Positions 9,212-17,361 of a stretch of DNA of 26,823 nt are shown piece after piece. How positions within the stretch are numbered: the stretch's first letter is position 1; each line of letters begins with the position of its first letter. A model generated the notes under the pieces. The model searched no databases, was not told where the DNA came from, and saw only the letters and a program-made list of their open reading frames with translations. Source of the DNA: a virus (lineage: Duplodnaviria > Caudoviricetes). A program made the position numbers and the translations under genes. Location: positions 1 through 26,823 of IMG/VR virus record IMGVR_UViG_3300044261_000005, one strand, 5' to 3'.

Positions 9212-10391
9212 CCTCTTCCCCACGAGGGTCTCGTTCCCACTGACACCGCTTGACCGGCTCGACATCACCAACCTCGTGGTGCTGCGTCACGAGTACCAGA
9301 TGGACACGGCGAGGATCACCCTCAAGGTGTCCTACGACGACATCAACCAGTACGTGGGGGCGGGCAGCCCGATCTTCGTCCGGTGGGGGTCATCACTGAG
9401 GTTCGATGAGTTCGTCGGGTACGTCCACTCGTTCCGACCAGTGACCGACGGGATCACGAAGCGCACGGAGATCGTCGCGATCTCTGCCGCCTACCCGATG
9501 GTCAACGAGAGCGGGCGGACCTTCACGAACGTCGGGATCCACAACGTCGCTCAGGAGATCGGGGACACCTACCGGTTCCAAGTGGAGACCGATCCGCACC
9601 CCTACATCCATGACCAGATCCTCCAGCGCGGTGATTCCGACTGGGTTCTCCTGTCCCGTCTCGCGGAGCAGTGGGGGTACGTCCTCCTGATGGATGGGGT
9701 CACCTTGGTCTTCCGCCCCCTGAAGGACGTGCTGGCGGAGAACTACCGGTACTCCTTCAACGCCAAGACCAGCGTCGCCGGAACCCTCGATCCGCTCGCC
9801 AACGTCCTCTCCTTCGAGGAGTCCTACTCTGCGACCGGGGACGAGCCTCTGACCGTGTCGTCCGTGCAGGGTGTGGACCCGATCAGTGTGGAACTGGTGG
9901 ACCAGAGGAACATCGTCCCCGTTGCCGGGGTGTTCGAGGAGATCGACTCCTCGCGGTCAGTGACCTCCAACTTGGAGGGTGAGTTGCGCGCGGCAGGCGT
10001 GACCACACGTCGTCAGTTCCCCTATGAGGCGCGGGCTACCTTCCGGGCGGCGTACCGGAAGAAGCCCTTCGACGTGTACCGGATCTTCAACGACAACCAG
10101 TACCGAACGTGGGTAGTCCGCTCGGTCCGCCATACGGTGACCGGCGGGGACTACATCTCTGAGATGATCCTTGGGTCGGATGGGCTGGACCACTCCAGCA
10201 AGTCTCGGGACTCCCAGTTGGATATCAACACTCTGCTCAAGCAGAGTCGTAGGGCCCGTCGCCCCTACCCGGTGATCATCGATTCTCGCCCCTACGTGGA
10301 AGGGGCGGGCGCAAGCGTTGTCGTGCCAGATCAACGATGGAAGGCTCAGGTCATGACCGTTCCCATCCAAGACCGGGAGGTGTCCGCATGA
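9204..10391 (+). CDS. Baseplate hub protein (gpD/gp27/VgrG-like)
   Basis: ATG 9204 overlaps the LysM gene; QILQRGDSDWVLLSRLAEQWGY is a hub-type motif; canonical synteny. Confidence 0.8.
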   Translation: MFSLFPTRVSFPLTPLDRLDITNLVVLRHEYQMDTARITLKVSYDDINQYVGAGSPIFVRWGSSLRFDEFVGYVHSFRPVTDGITKRTEIVAISAAYPMVNESGRTFTNVGIHNVAQEIGDTYRFQVETDPHPYIHDQILQRGDSDWVLLSRLAEQWGYVLLMDGVTLVFRPLKDVLAENYRYSFNAKTSVAGTLDPLANVLSFEESYSATGDEPLTVSSVQGVDPISVELVDQRNIVPVAGVFEEIDSSRSVTSNLEGELRAAGVTTRRQFPYEARATFRAAYRKKPFDVYRIFNDNQYRTWVVRSVRHTVTGGDYISEMILGSDGLDHSSKSRDSQLDINTLLKQSRRARRPYPVIIDSRPYVEGAGASVVVPDQRWKAQVMTVPIQDREVSA

Positions 10392-10789
10392 GCCTCGCAG
10401 TGAAGTTCCCCTTCACCATCCAGTCAGGATCAGTGGCCGTCACGGACAACCCGACGGAAGCGGTCGGCTCCATGATCGTCTTCTGCTTGGGCACGATGAT
10501 CGGCGAGCGAGTCATGCGTCCGACGTGGGGCGTGGACATCATGAACACGATCTACTCCGTCGGTGGAGATCTGGACACGGCGATGCCAGAGGCCGTCGAG
10601 AACGCCTTCAAGAAGTGGTTCCCGGACTACGAGCCACGGGAGATCACGATCACGCGGAGCCCTGACCGTCCCACCTACGTGGATGTCGAAGTTCGGTTCG
10701 GCGCTTATGACAGCGAGGTGGACATGACTGTTCGCGTCGGTACGCAACTGCCCGGTGGCACTGAGATCTACACGAACGAGGGGTTCTGA
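10388..10789 (+). CDS. Baseplate wedge / sheath initiator (GPW/gp25 family)
   Basis: ATGA overlap; AVKFPF...LGTMIGERVMRPTWG signature. Confidence 0.9.
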   Translation: MSLAVKFPFTIQSGSVAVTDNPTEAVGSMIVFCLGTMIGERVMRPTWGVDIMNTIYSVGGDLDTAMPEAVENAFKKWFPDYEPREITITRSPDRPTYVDVEVRFGAYDSEVDMTVRVGTQLPGGTEIYTNEGF

Positions 10790-12300
10790 TGGCTGTCTCT
10801 CCGCTCCTGCCCGTCATCGACTACACGAGTCGGGACTACGAGTCGATCCGCGCGGATCTCATCCGCCTCATCAGGGCCCGGATCCCTACGTGGACGGCAG
10901 AGAACCCGTCTGACTTCGGCGTTGCCCTCGTGGAGGGCTTCTCCTACGCCGTGGACGGTCTGCACTACTACCTCGACCGGGTAGCCAACGAGGCGTACCT
11001 GCCCACGGCAGTCCAGCGGGAGTCTCTGTACGCCATCGCGGCCATGTTCAACTACACCCCCCGGCGCGCGGTGCCCTCGGAGGTCAACCTGACATTTCGC
11101 AATGCGACTCAGGCGGAGGTGATCCTCCCCGCTGGGACCCGCGTGCAGGCCAGCGTCCCCGGACAGTCCGGCGCGATCCTGAAGAACTTCGAGGTCCAGT
11201 CCGACCACACCCTGCCTCCGGCTTCCGCCACCTCAGAGACCACTCTCGAAGACGTGCCCGCTGTAGAAGGTCGTACCTACACAGACGAGACAGTGGGCAT
11301 TTCCAATGGCTTCGTAGGACAGCGGTTCTTCCTCCCTCGAACCTCCGTTCTGGAGAACACGATCCGGATCACCACCCAGTTGGGTGAGGTCACCATGGAG
11401 TGGGAGGAGGTCCCGACCCTTCAGGACTACGCCACTCCGACCGACAACAAGTTCGAGACGATTGCGCAGACCGACGGCTCCACCGTCGTCCGCTTCGGAG
11501 ATGGCCTGCACGGCGAGGTGCCTCCCCTGCACGCGGTCATCCGGGCCACCTACCGGGTTGGCGGGGGCACGGAGGGCAACGTCCCGGCCAACACCATCAA
11601 CACGATCATCGAGCCGGTGATGTACGGAGTCAGCGTCTCCAACCCGGAGCCCGCCACGGGTGGACTGAACGCAGAGAGTCTCGCCAGCATCCGGTCCAAC
11701 GCAGCGAAGTCCTACCGGTCTCGCGACCGGGCGGTGACGCTGGGGGACTACGAGTCCCTCGTGGTCACGGGCGTGCCGGAGATCGACAAGGCCAAGTCGG
11801 TGGGCAACAACGCCTCCTCGGTCACCGTGTACGTCGCTCCTGTGGATGACGGAACGAAGCGTCCGCCGCTCACGCAGGCTCTGGACGATGCAGTCACCTA
11901 CTACCTTGAGCAGCGGGCAATGGCAGGCGTGACCATTCAGGTCTTCTCCGCGTCCTACGTCCCGATCTTCCTGTCCATGACCGCCCACTGCACCGCCACC
12001 GCCCGACAGGATGAGGTCAGCGCAGCGGTCAAGGCTCAGTTGGACTACTTCTTCCGCTACCAGAACACGGACTTCGACCAGACCATCACGGTCCACACGC
12101 TCTACTCCCAGTTGGCCCAGATCGACGGTCTGGACTACGTGTCGATCACCCGGCTGAGTCTGGCCTTCGTGGACCCGGACATTGAGGTCATCACGATGGA
12201 TCAGGTGGCTATCAACGCAGTCCCGTACTTCCTGTCCGACGGTCTGGAGGGGGGCAATCCGCTCCTGACCTTGACCATGTCCGGGGGCATCACGGCATGA
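10789..12300 (+). CDS. Baseplate J/gp6-like wedge protein
   Basis: IDYTSRDYESIR, SDFGVALVE, YYLDRVANE, VRFGDG..G..P, YRVGGGTEGNV, RDRAVTLGDYE. Confidence 0.93.
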   Translation: MAVSPLLPVIDYTSRDYESIRADLIRLIRARIPTWTAENPSDFGVALVEGFSYAVDGLHYYLDRVANEAYLPTAVQRESLYAIAAMFNYTPRRAVPSEVNLTFRNATQAEVILPAGTRVQASVPGQSGAILKNFEVQSDHTLPPASATSETTLEDVPAVEGRTYTDETVGISNGFVGQRFFLPRTSVLENTIRITTQLGEVTMEWEEVPTLQDYATPTDNKFETIAQTDGSTVVRFGDGLHGEVPPLHAVIRATYRVGGGTEGNVPANTINTIIEPVMYGVSVSNPEPATGGLNAESLASIRSNAAKSYRSRDRAVTLGDYESLVVTGVPEIDKAKSVGNNASSVTVYVAPVDDGTKRPPLTQALDDAVTYYLEQRAMAGVTIQVFSASYVPIFLSMTAHCTATARQDEVSAAVKAQLDYFFRYQNTDFDQTITVHTLYSQLAQIDGLDYVSITRLSLAFVDPDIEVITMDQVAINAVPYFLSDGLEGGNPLLTLTMSGGITA

Positions 12301-13523
12301 CCACCTACTCCTCACTGCCGATGGACGCCTACGCGTGGGCGGATCCACACGTCGATCTGGAGAACCCCCGGTTCGTCATCAGCGTGGAGTGGACGTGGCC
12401 GGAGGGGGACTGGTCCCACTTCTCCCTCGTGCGGAGCACCCGGTCTCCAGTGCGTCGCCGTGAAGAGGGCCAGATCATGATGGAGACGGTCGGGAGAGTC
12501 TGGGACCAGTACGCGTACCAGACCACCGGTCAGCCGGTGTACCGCGACCCGCAACCCCCGCCGGGGGAATGGGTCTACTACACGGCCTTCGTCCTCGACC
12601 CGAACCGGGTGTGGATCTACGCCGGGGAGGTGTTTGAGGTCAGCATCGCTGACTATGACTGGGCCCTGCGCCTTCCGGAGTTGCTCCCCGGTGTGTCCAT
12701 CGGAGACCTCCAGCGAACCATCTCTCCCGCCCAGCAGGACAACGATCTGGTCCAGTTCCTTCAGACCCCCGGTGCCCTTCTGGACAAGGTCGTGACGATG
12801 GGGGAAGCGGCTCAGTTCTACTGGGACCCGATCCGGGTTCCTCCGCAGATGTTCCCCCCAATGGTGGAGTCTCTCGGGTACCCCTACGACCCCACACTCG
12901 GCTTGGGCCGGATGAGGTACGCCATCGACGCTCTTGAGGGTCCGGTGTCTGGGTCGTTGGACTTCGTGCAGACCTTCGCTGGTGGGGTCTCCGGATGCGA
13001 CGTGCGTGCCGAGATCTCGAACAACCTCATGCTCGACATCAACGACTCCTCGTTCGAGTCGGGGTCTCTTGTGGGGACCAAGTGGGCGAACTCGGCCAAC
13101 ATCCAACTGCGGAAGTACGAGAACTGGCTGGGGAAGCCCCCGGCGCTGTACCCCAATGTCGAGGCAGTCTGGTTCGCCTACCTGACCGCGTCTGGCACCT
13201 ATACCTGTGGGCTGGCGGACCCTGTCCAGTACGGGCTCCCTGTGGCGACGTGGACGAAGGCTCGCATGGGAATCCACGCGTACAAGCCCAGCGCTACCGC
13301 CTGCACCATCACGCTGGGGCTGAAACTGTATGACCACCTTGGGGTCTACCTGAGGGACGTGACCGTCCTCGCTGCACAGCCCATCACGGAGGAGTGGGCG
13401 TGGTACGGCTCACCGGACGCCAGCGCCGTGTCTCTGGGGCAAACCGGCTTCGCTTACGCGGTGCCGTGGGTTCAGGTGAGCAATCCTTGTTCCATAGACC
13501 TTCTTGTCGTAGATGATGGGTGA
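12297..13523 (+). CDS. Baseplate wedge / P2 gpI-like tail protein
   Basis: Follows baseplate J with an ATGA overlap; LPELLP...DLVQFL...NLMLDINDSSFE. Confidence 0.65.
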   Translation: MTTYSSLPMDAYAWADPHVDLENPRFVISVEWTWPEGDWSHFSLVRSTRSPVRRREEGQIMMETVGRVWDQYAYQTTGQPVYRDPQPPPGEWVYYTAFVLDPNRVWIYAGEVFEVSIADYDWALRLPELLPGVSIGDLQRTISPAQQDNDLVQFLQTPGALLDKVVTMGEAAQFYWDPIRVPPQMFPPMVESLGYPYDPTLGLGRMRYAIDALEGPVSGSLDFVQTFAGGVSGCDVRAEISNNLMLDINDSSFESGSLVGTKWANSANIQLRKYENWLGKPPALYPNVEAVWFAYLTASGTYTCGLADPVQYGLPVATWTKARMGIHAYKPSATACTITLGLKLYDHLGVYLRDVTVLAAQPITEEWAWYGSPDASAVSLGQTGFAYAVPWVQVSNPCSIDLLVVDDG

Positions 13524-13529
13524 TGAGCG

Positions 13530-14213
13530 ATGCCAGTGAATGTGACCACCGCCAAGCGGCTCCGGTACGACGGTCTGGAGACGTACCTCGCTCTCCAACT
13601 CAATCCGGGTGTGACCACCATCCAGTTCACGACTGTGCTCTCGGCGGATGGCGGCGCTCCCATTGCGACCCTTCAGGCCAACGAGTACATCGCCCTGTCG
13701 ATTCTGGACGCCAACTACCGGCTGTCGGAGATCATCTACCTCACTGCCTACACCTCGGGGGCTCTCACCGGGACGATTGAGCGCGGAGCCGAAGGAACCA
13801 CCGCCTCCAAGACACACGTTGTGAACAGCAAGGTCGTTCACGCAGCGACGGTCGTGGACTACGTGCTCGTGCAGGACCACGACGACGCCGTGGGTGCTCA
13901 CCCGGAGATCCTGACGCAGGCGAACGCATACACCGACGGGAAGTTGTCGGACCATGTCAACGCCGCCGACCCGCACTCGGTCTACGCCAAGAAGGCGGGC
14001 GACACCTTCACCGGGGATGTCACCCACGCCGGGGCCACCAAGGTCTTGACCGTCGAGGGGACCCTCCGGATTCCGGTAGGGGCCACCCTCGAAGTTCTCG
14101 GAGACCTCAAGGTCACCGGGAGGTTCTTCATCAACGGCAGGGAGATCGTCGTCTCCAACACCGCGCCTGTGGCCCCCGCAGCAAACACCATCCACATCCA
14201 GACCTTCGGGTGA
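13530..14213 (+). CDS. Minor tail / fibre-attachment protein
   Basis: 227 aa; IERGAEGTTA; HVNAADPHSVYAKKAGDTFTGD, a motif type found in tail fibres. Confidence 0.65.
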   Translation: MPVNVTTAKRLRYDGLETYLALQLNPGVTTIQFTTVLSADGGAPIATLQANEYIALSILDANYRLSEIIYLTAYTSGALTGTIERGAEGTTASKTHVVNSKVVHAATVVDYVLVQDHDDAVGAHPEILTQANAYTDGKLSDHVNAADPHSVYAKKAGDTFTGDVTHAGATKVLTVEGTLRIPVGATLEVLGDLKVTGRFFINGREIVVSNTAPVAPAANTIHIQTFG

Positions 14214-14218
14214 TCTGA

Positions 14219-15646
14219 ATGCCCCAGAGCATCTATCAGGGACCGACCTACATCGGGGAGACGATCCAGACCACCCCGAACACCACCCCCGTGTGGCAGA
14301 AGTCCCCGGTGAAGAACTGGGTCAACGGACAGTGGATCTGGTTGAACGCTCCCATCGGGCCGGTGGACTTCGCACTGCGAAATCTGGCCTTCGACCGGGT
14401 GATGATCGAGATCTTCGACAGTCAGAACTTCGACCACGTCGGGGCCTACGAGGTCTACCTCAAGACCGGCGGTGGTGCGTTCGTCCGACGCTCCGATCTG
14501 GACATCCCAGACGACACCTCGACGGGGTGGATCACTGGACTGTCCGCGACCACCACCTACACAGTGCGGATCAAGGTCAACCTGTTCAGTGGGGGTCAGA
14601 CCCCCGACAGCGATCAGACCTTCACCACCCCAGCCAACCCTGCTCCGGCTGCTGTGATCGATCTGCGTACCCCCGCCCAGACCAACGCGTGGCTCGACCT
14701 CGCGTGGACCAATCCGGCAGGCTCATCGGCCACTTCCTACAACGTGTACTGGGGAAGGAACGGGGAGGGCCCGGCTGGGGTCGTCAACGTGGGCATGGCG
14801 ACCACGTACCGCGTGGCTGGGCTCAATGAGGACACGGCGTACTGGTACTTCGTCCGGGGGAAGAACGCCTCTGGTCTGGAGGGCCCTGACTCGAACCGTC
14901 TCCAGTGGGCCACCGGGTGGGGAGAGATACGACGTTTGGGCGGAGACGAGCAGATCCAATGGAAGCCTCGTGAGTGGGGATCCTACCGACCGGACATCCA
15001 GTGGAGGTGGGCTCGGGAGAACGGGATCGTGGACCGGAATCCACACCTGTATCAGGGGTACTGGCCGGGTGACAACTGGCACGGTGCCTCGAACCCGTCC
15101 TCGAACCTTGAAGCAGGGAAGACTCGACGCTACTGGGGGACCGTCGTCTACACCGCCTCCGATCTCCGTGACGCTCTGAACGCCAAGCATGGTGCTGGAG
15201 TCGGAGACAACATCGTCATGAGCATGGTGGCGCTCCGCCGCGCCTACCGGCACACGGATCCCGGCAACATCGCTGCTCAGGACATGGTCTGGCACCTGAC
15301 GAAGGCCAACCCGTTCAACAGCGGTCAGCCTCCCACCTACAGCAAGTACTCCGGAGGACCGGCAATGAAGGCTGGGGAGGTCAGGCAGTCCTACCCTCTT
15401 CCAGCCTCCTTCGGGACGAAGTTGCTCCGGGGATGGGACGAGGGAACTGCCGTCAACGGGATCGTCCTGCACCGGTCCGACAACGTCACCAACGGGTACG
15501 GAGCCGCAGGATACGGGCGCTGGTCCGGGCACCTCCTGAAGGACCCGAACACGTCTGGTACGTGGAGGTACAGTGACCTGACCCTGCTGATGGAGGGCTC
15601 ATGGAATGTCCTCGTTCGAGCCTATAGGGGGCCGTACCAGTGGTGA
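14219..15646 (+). CDS. Fibronectin type III-containing tail protein (candidate receptor-binding protein)
   Basis: Two FN3-like repeats (ITGLSATTTYTVRIK; LAWTNP..ATSYNVYW...YRVAGLNEDTAYWYFVRGKNASG) followed by a Trp/Gly-rich C-domain. Confidence 0.75.
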   Translation: MPQSIYQGPTYIGETIQTTPNTTPVWQKSPVKNWVNGQWIWLNAPIGPVDFALRNLAFDRVMIEIFDSQNFDHVGAYEVYLKTGGGAFVRRSDLDIPDDTSTGWITGLSATTTYTVRIKVNLFSGGQTPDSDQTFTTPANPAPAAVIDLRTPAQTNAWLDLAWTNPAGSSATSYNVYWGRNGEGPAGVVNVGMATTYRVAGLNEDTAYWYFVRGKNASGLEGPDSNRLQWATGWGEIRRLGGDEQIQWKPREWGSYRPDIQWRWARENGIVDRNPHLYQGYWPGDNWHGASNPSSNLEAGKTRRYWGTVVYTASDLRDALNAKHGAGVGDNIVMSMVALRRAYRHTDPGNIAAQDMVWHLTKANPFNSGQPPTYSKYSGGPAMKAGEVRQSYPLPASFGTKLLRGWDEGTAVNGIVLHRSDNVTNGYGAAGYGRWSGHLLKDPNTSGTWRYSDLTLLMEGSWNVLVRAYRGPYQW

Positions 15647-16707
15647 ATGTCCTAGCCGCCTCGACCGGAGCCATCGGCCTAGGGCCGTACGGCGACGAGT
15701 CTGAGCACACAGGCCCTCCCGCAGTCATCGTCTACACCCCGCCCTATCGCGACTTCATGGCGATGGATGCTCGGTCAATCATGCTGACCCTGCTCCCCCA
15801 GCACTACAACCTAATCCCGAACCCGTCGTTCCGCGCGAACCTCACCGGATGGACTGTCTGGGGCATGGGCACAGCCGTGGACGCTGCGGTGTCGTGGGTG
15901 GGCAAGTCCATCGTGTGCGACGGCGCGGGTCACCTCAAGAGAATGGTCTACACGGGGCCCTTGGTCGGAACTCAGGAGAACCAGTGGGATCCCAAGAGGG
16001 GTGGTCCTGAGGCCACGTTCAGCGTCTACGCGAAGGGAGTGGGTGAGGTCCGTCTGTTGATGTCCGCCTACTACTCCACGGATCAGACCGACCTGACTGC
16101 TGGACCTCAGTACCAGAACCTGCCCACTTCTGCCAGCCCTGCCACAGCGCCCTCAGGGGTCCCGGCGCTGCTCGACAGCACCACGGGTCGGGTCTGGACC
16201 CTCATCTCCCCAGCGCCCTCCATCGCCCCGTTCTACGAGGACATCGGGCGGGGACCCGCAATTGCCAGTGTCACTGGGGAGTGGACCACCATCGAAGATG
16301 ACGGGGACTGGCACCGCAACCTCATCCACACCTACGCCCGGATCTTGGAGGAGGAGGGGCAGATCTCCTTCGTGGGGGCGCGGTGGGTCGAGGTCACGGT
16401 CGAAGTTCGCAATGCGAATGGCCTGCGTCTGTCTGCCACCATGCTGGACCCGACGGAGTACCCGGTGTGCGCCTACTTCGATGGGGGCATGACAGAGAGC
16501 CTCGCGCTCGATGACTTCCTGTGGGAGGGGGTCACGGACAACAGCGCCAGTTACTACTACTTCGACCGGGTACTGCGGGCCAAGTGGCTGCACGAGAACA
16601 TCGGCTACGCCAAGCCAGCAGGTCGTCCGCACCAGATCTTCTTTGGCTCCTACTGGAGGCCCTACGTCGGGGCCACTGGAGAGACCAAGATTCTGGCGCT
16701 CACCTAG
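15643..16707 (+). CDS. Minor tail protein
   Basis: GTGA overlap (alternative start 15640); NLIPNPSF..NLTGW and YFDG...WEG motifs as in actinophage minor tail/carbohydrate-binding proteins. Confidence 0.65.
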   Translation: MNVLAASTGAIGLGPYGDESEHTGPPAVIVYTPPYRDFMAMDARSIMLTLLPQHYNLIPNPSFRANLTGWTVWGMGTAVDAAVSWVGKSIVCDGAGHLKRMVYTGPLVGTQENQWDPKRGGPEATFSVYAKGVGEVRLLMSAYYSTDQTDLTAGPQYQNLPTSASPATAPSGVPALLDSTTGRVWTLISPAPSIAPFYEDIGRGPAIASVTGEWTTIEDDGDWHRNLIHTYARILEEEGQISFVGARWVEVTVEVRNANGLRLSATMLDPTEYPVCAYFDGGMTESLALDDFLWEGVTDNSASYYYFDRVLRAKWLHENIGYAKPAGRPHQIFFGSYWRPYVGATGETKILALT

Positions 16708-16716
16708 ACTCCAAGG

Positions 16717-16983
16717 GTGCTGACTGACCTACTGATCGTTGCCCTGTCCGCGTCATTCGTCGTGTCCTTCGTGGACCGTTGGTTGAACTACCCGATGCTC
16801 CGTGGGGTGGTGGCTCTGCTGCTGTCCGTCGGGGGCGCTCTGCTCTTCGACTACTCGGGGTGGATGTTGGTTGTCGCTGCAACCGCGTCGGCCTTCATCG
16901 TCCTGATCCTGATCCTCGTCGGGGAGCGCCTCGCCACGCCTCCCCCACTGGTCGTGGATACCCGGCGCTCTAGGGGCCTCTAG
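16717..16983 (+). CDS. Small multi-pass membrane protein, holin-like
   Basis: 88 aa, about 3 hydrophobic segments and a basic C-terminus (RRSRGL); last gene of the structural operon. Confidence 0.55.
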   Translation: MLTDLLIVALSASFVVSFVDRWLNYPMLRGVVALLLSVGGALLFDYSGWMLVVAATASAFIVLILILVGERLATPPPLVVDTRRSRGL

Positions 16984-17051
16984 AGACCTCTGTTGGAAAG
17001 AGGCCAGATTCGGGCCCCACAACAAATAGAAGTTGGACTAAAAACCGGCCT

Positions 17052-17111
17052 CTGACCTGCGACGATGCGGAAGTGTCGCTAATAAGACTGATAACGGCAT
17101 CACTGACCTGC
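17052..17111. repeat. Two direct copies of CTGACCTGC
   Basis: Exact 9-mer at 17052-17060 and 17103-17111 in the intergenic region between modules. Confidence 0.5.
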
Positions 17112-17162
17112 ATATCCAACGAGGTCCCTGTGGTATGGGCGACGCACCGATACGACCCCTAC

Positions 17163-17194
17163 TTGACAGATACGGAGGGGGCGTGGTGTAGGGT
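17163..17194 (+). promoter_or_regulatory. Putative promoter of the replication operon
   Basis: Perfect TTGACA at 17163-17168. The nearest TANNNT (TAGGGT 17189-17194) gives an atypical 20-bp spacer. Confidence 0.45.
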
Positions 17195-17206
17195 GTGCCC
17201 AGCCCC

Positions 17207-17243
17207 AAAGAGAACCGCCCCCCGGTTTCCCGAAGGGCGGTTC
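17207..17243 (-). terminator. Minus-strand intrinsic terminator
   Basis: The minus strand reads GAACCGCCC-UU-CGG-GAAA-CCG-GG-GGGCGGUUC-UCUUU: a 14-bp stem with a GAAA tetraloop. The two U-G pairs are C/A mismatches on the plus strand. Confidence 0.7.
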
Positions 17244-17311
17244 AGAGACTGGGCCCGGTTGACGCCGGGTTCGCAGTCGAAACTGGAGAGTCCACCTCCA
17301 GTGCGATGTGC
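17207..17311 (-). ncRNA. Predicted ~105-nt counter-transcribed antisense RNA in the initiator leader
   Basis: Minus-strand -10 TACGAT (17323-17318) with a weak -35 TTCAAG 17 bp upstream, and a minus-strand terminator at 17243-17207. No credible minus-strand gene explains the terminator. Confidence 0.5.
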
Positions 17312-17355
17312 AAGAGCATCGTACAACAGGTGGCCTCTCCCTTGAAATGAGAGGC
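17282..17355 (+). promoter_or_regulatory. Two-state translational switch covering the initiator Shine-Dalgarno
   Basis: GCCTCTC (17333-17339) can pair with the SD GAGAGGC (17349-17355). Alternatively AGGTGGCCTCTCC (17328-17340) pairs 12/13 with GGAGAGTCCACCT (17285-17297). Confidence 0.6.
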
Positions 17356-17361
17356 AAGAGA

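Noticed and set aside
11233-13337. Long minus-strand ORFs (371 aa and 341 aa) and similar ones throughout the window
   Set aside because: These are antisense shadows of GC3-rich plus-strand genes, with no recognisable motifs or RBS.
693-16707. Stand-alone extracellular contractile injection system or tailocin
   Set aside because: The sheath, tube and baseplate are CIS-like, but they are contiguous with a full phage replication module and there is no Afp15-like AAA ATPase or toxin cargo. A myophage is the simpler explanation.
17200-17330. tRNA or known riboswitch
   Set aside because: There is no cloverleaf with a T-loop/CCA, and I recognise no conserved ligand-binding riboswitch motif. An Rfam search was not possible.
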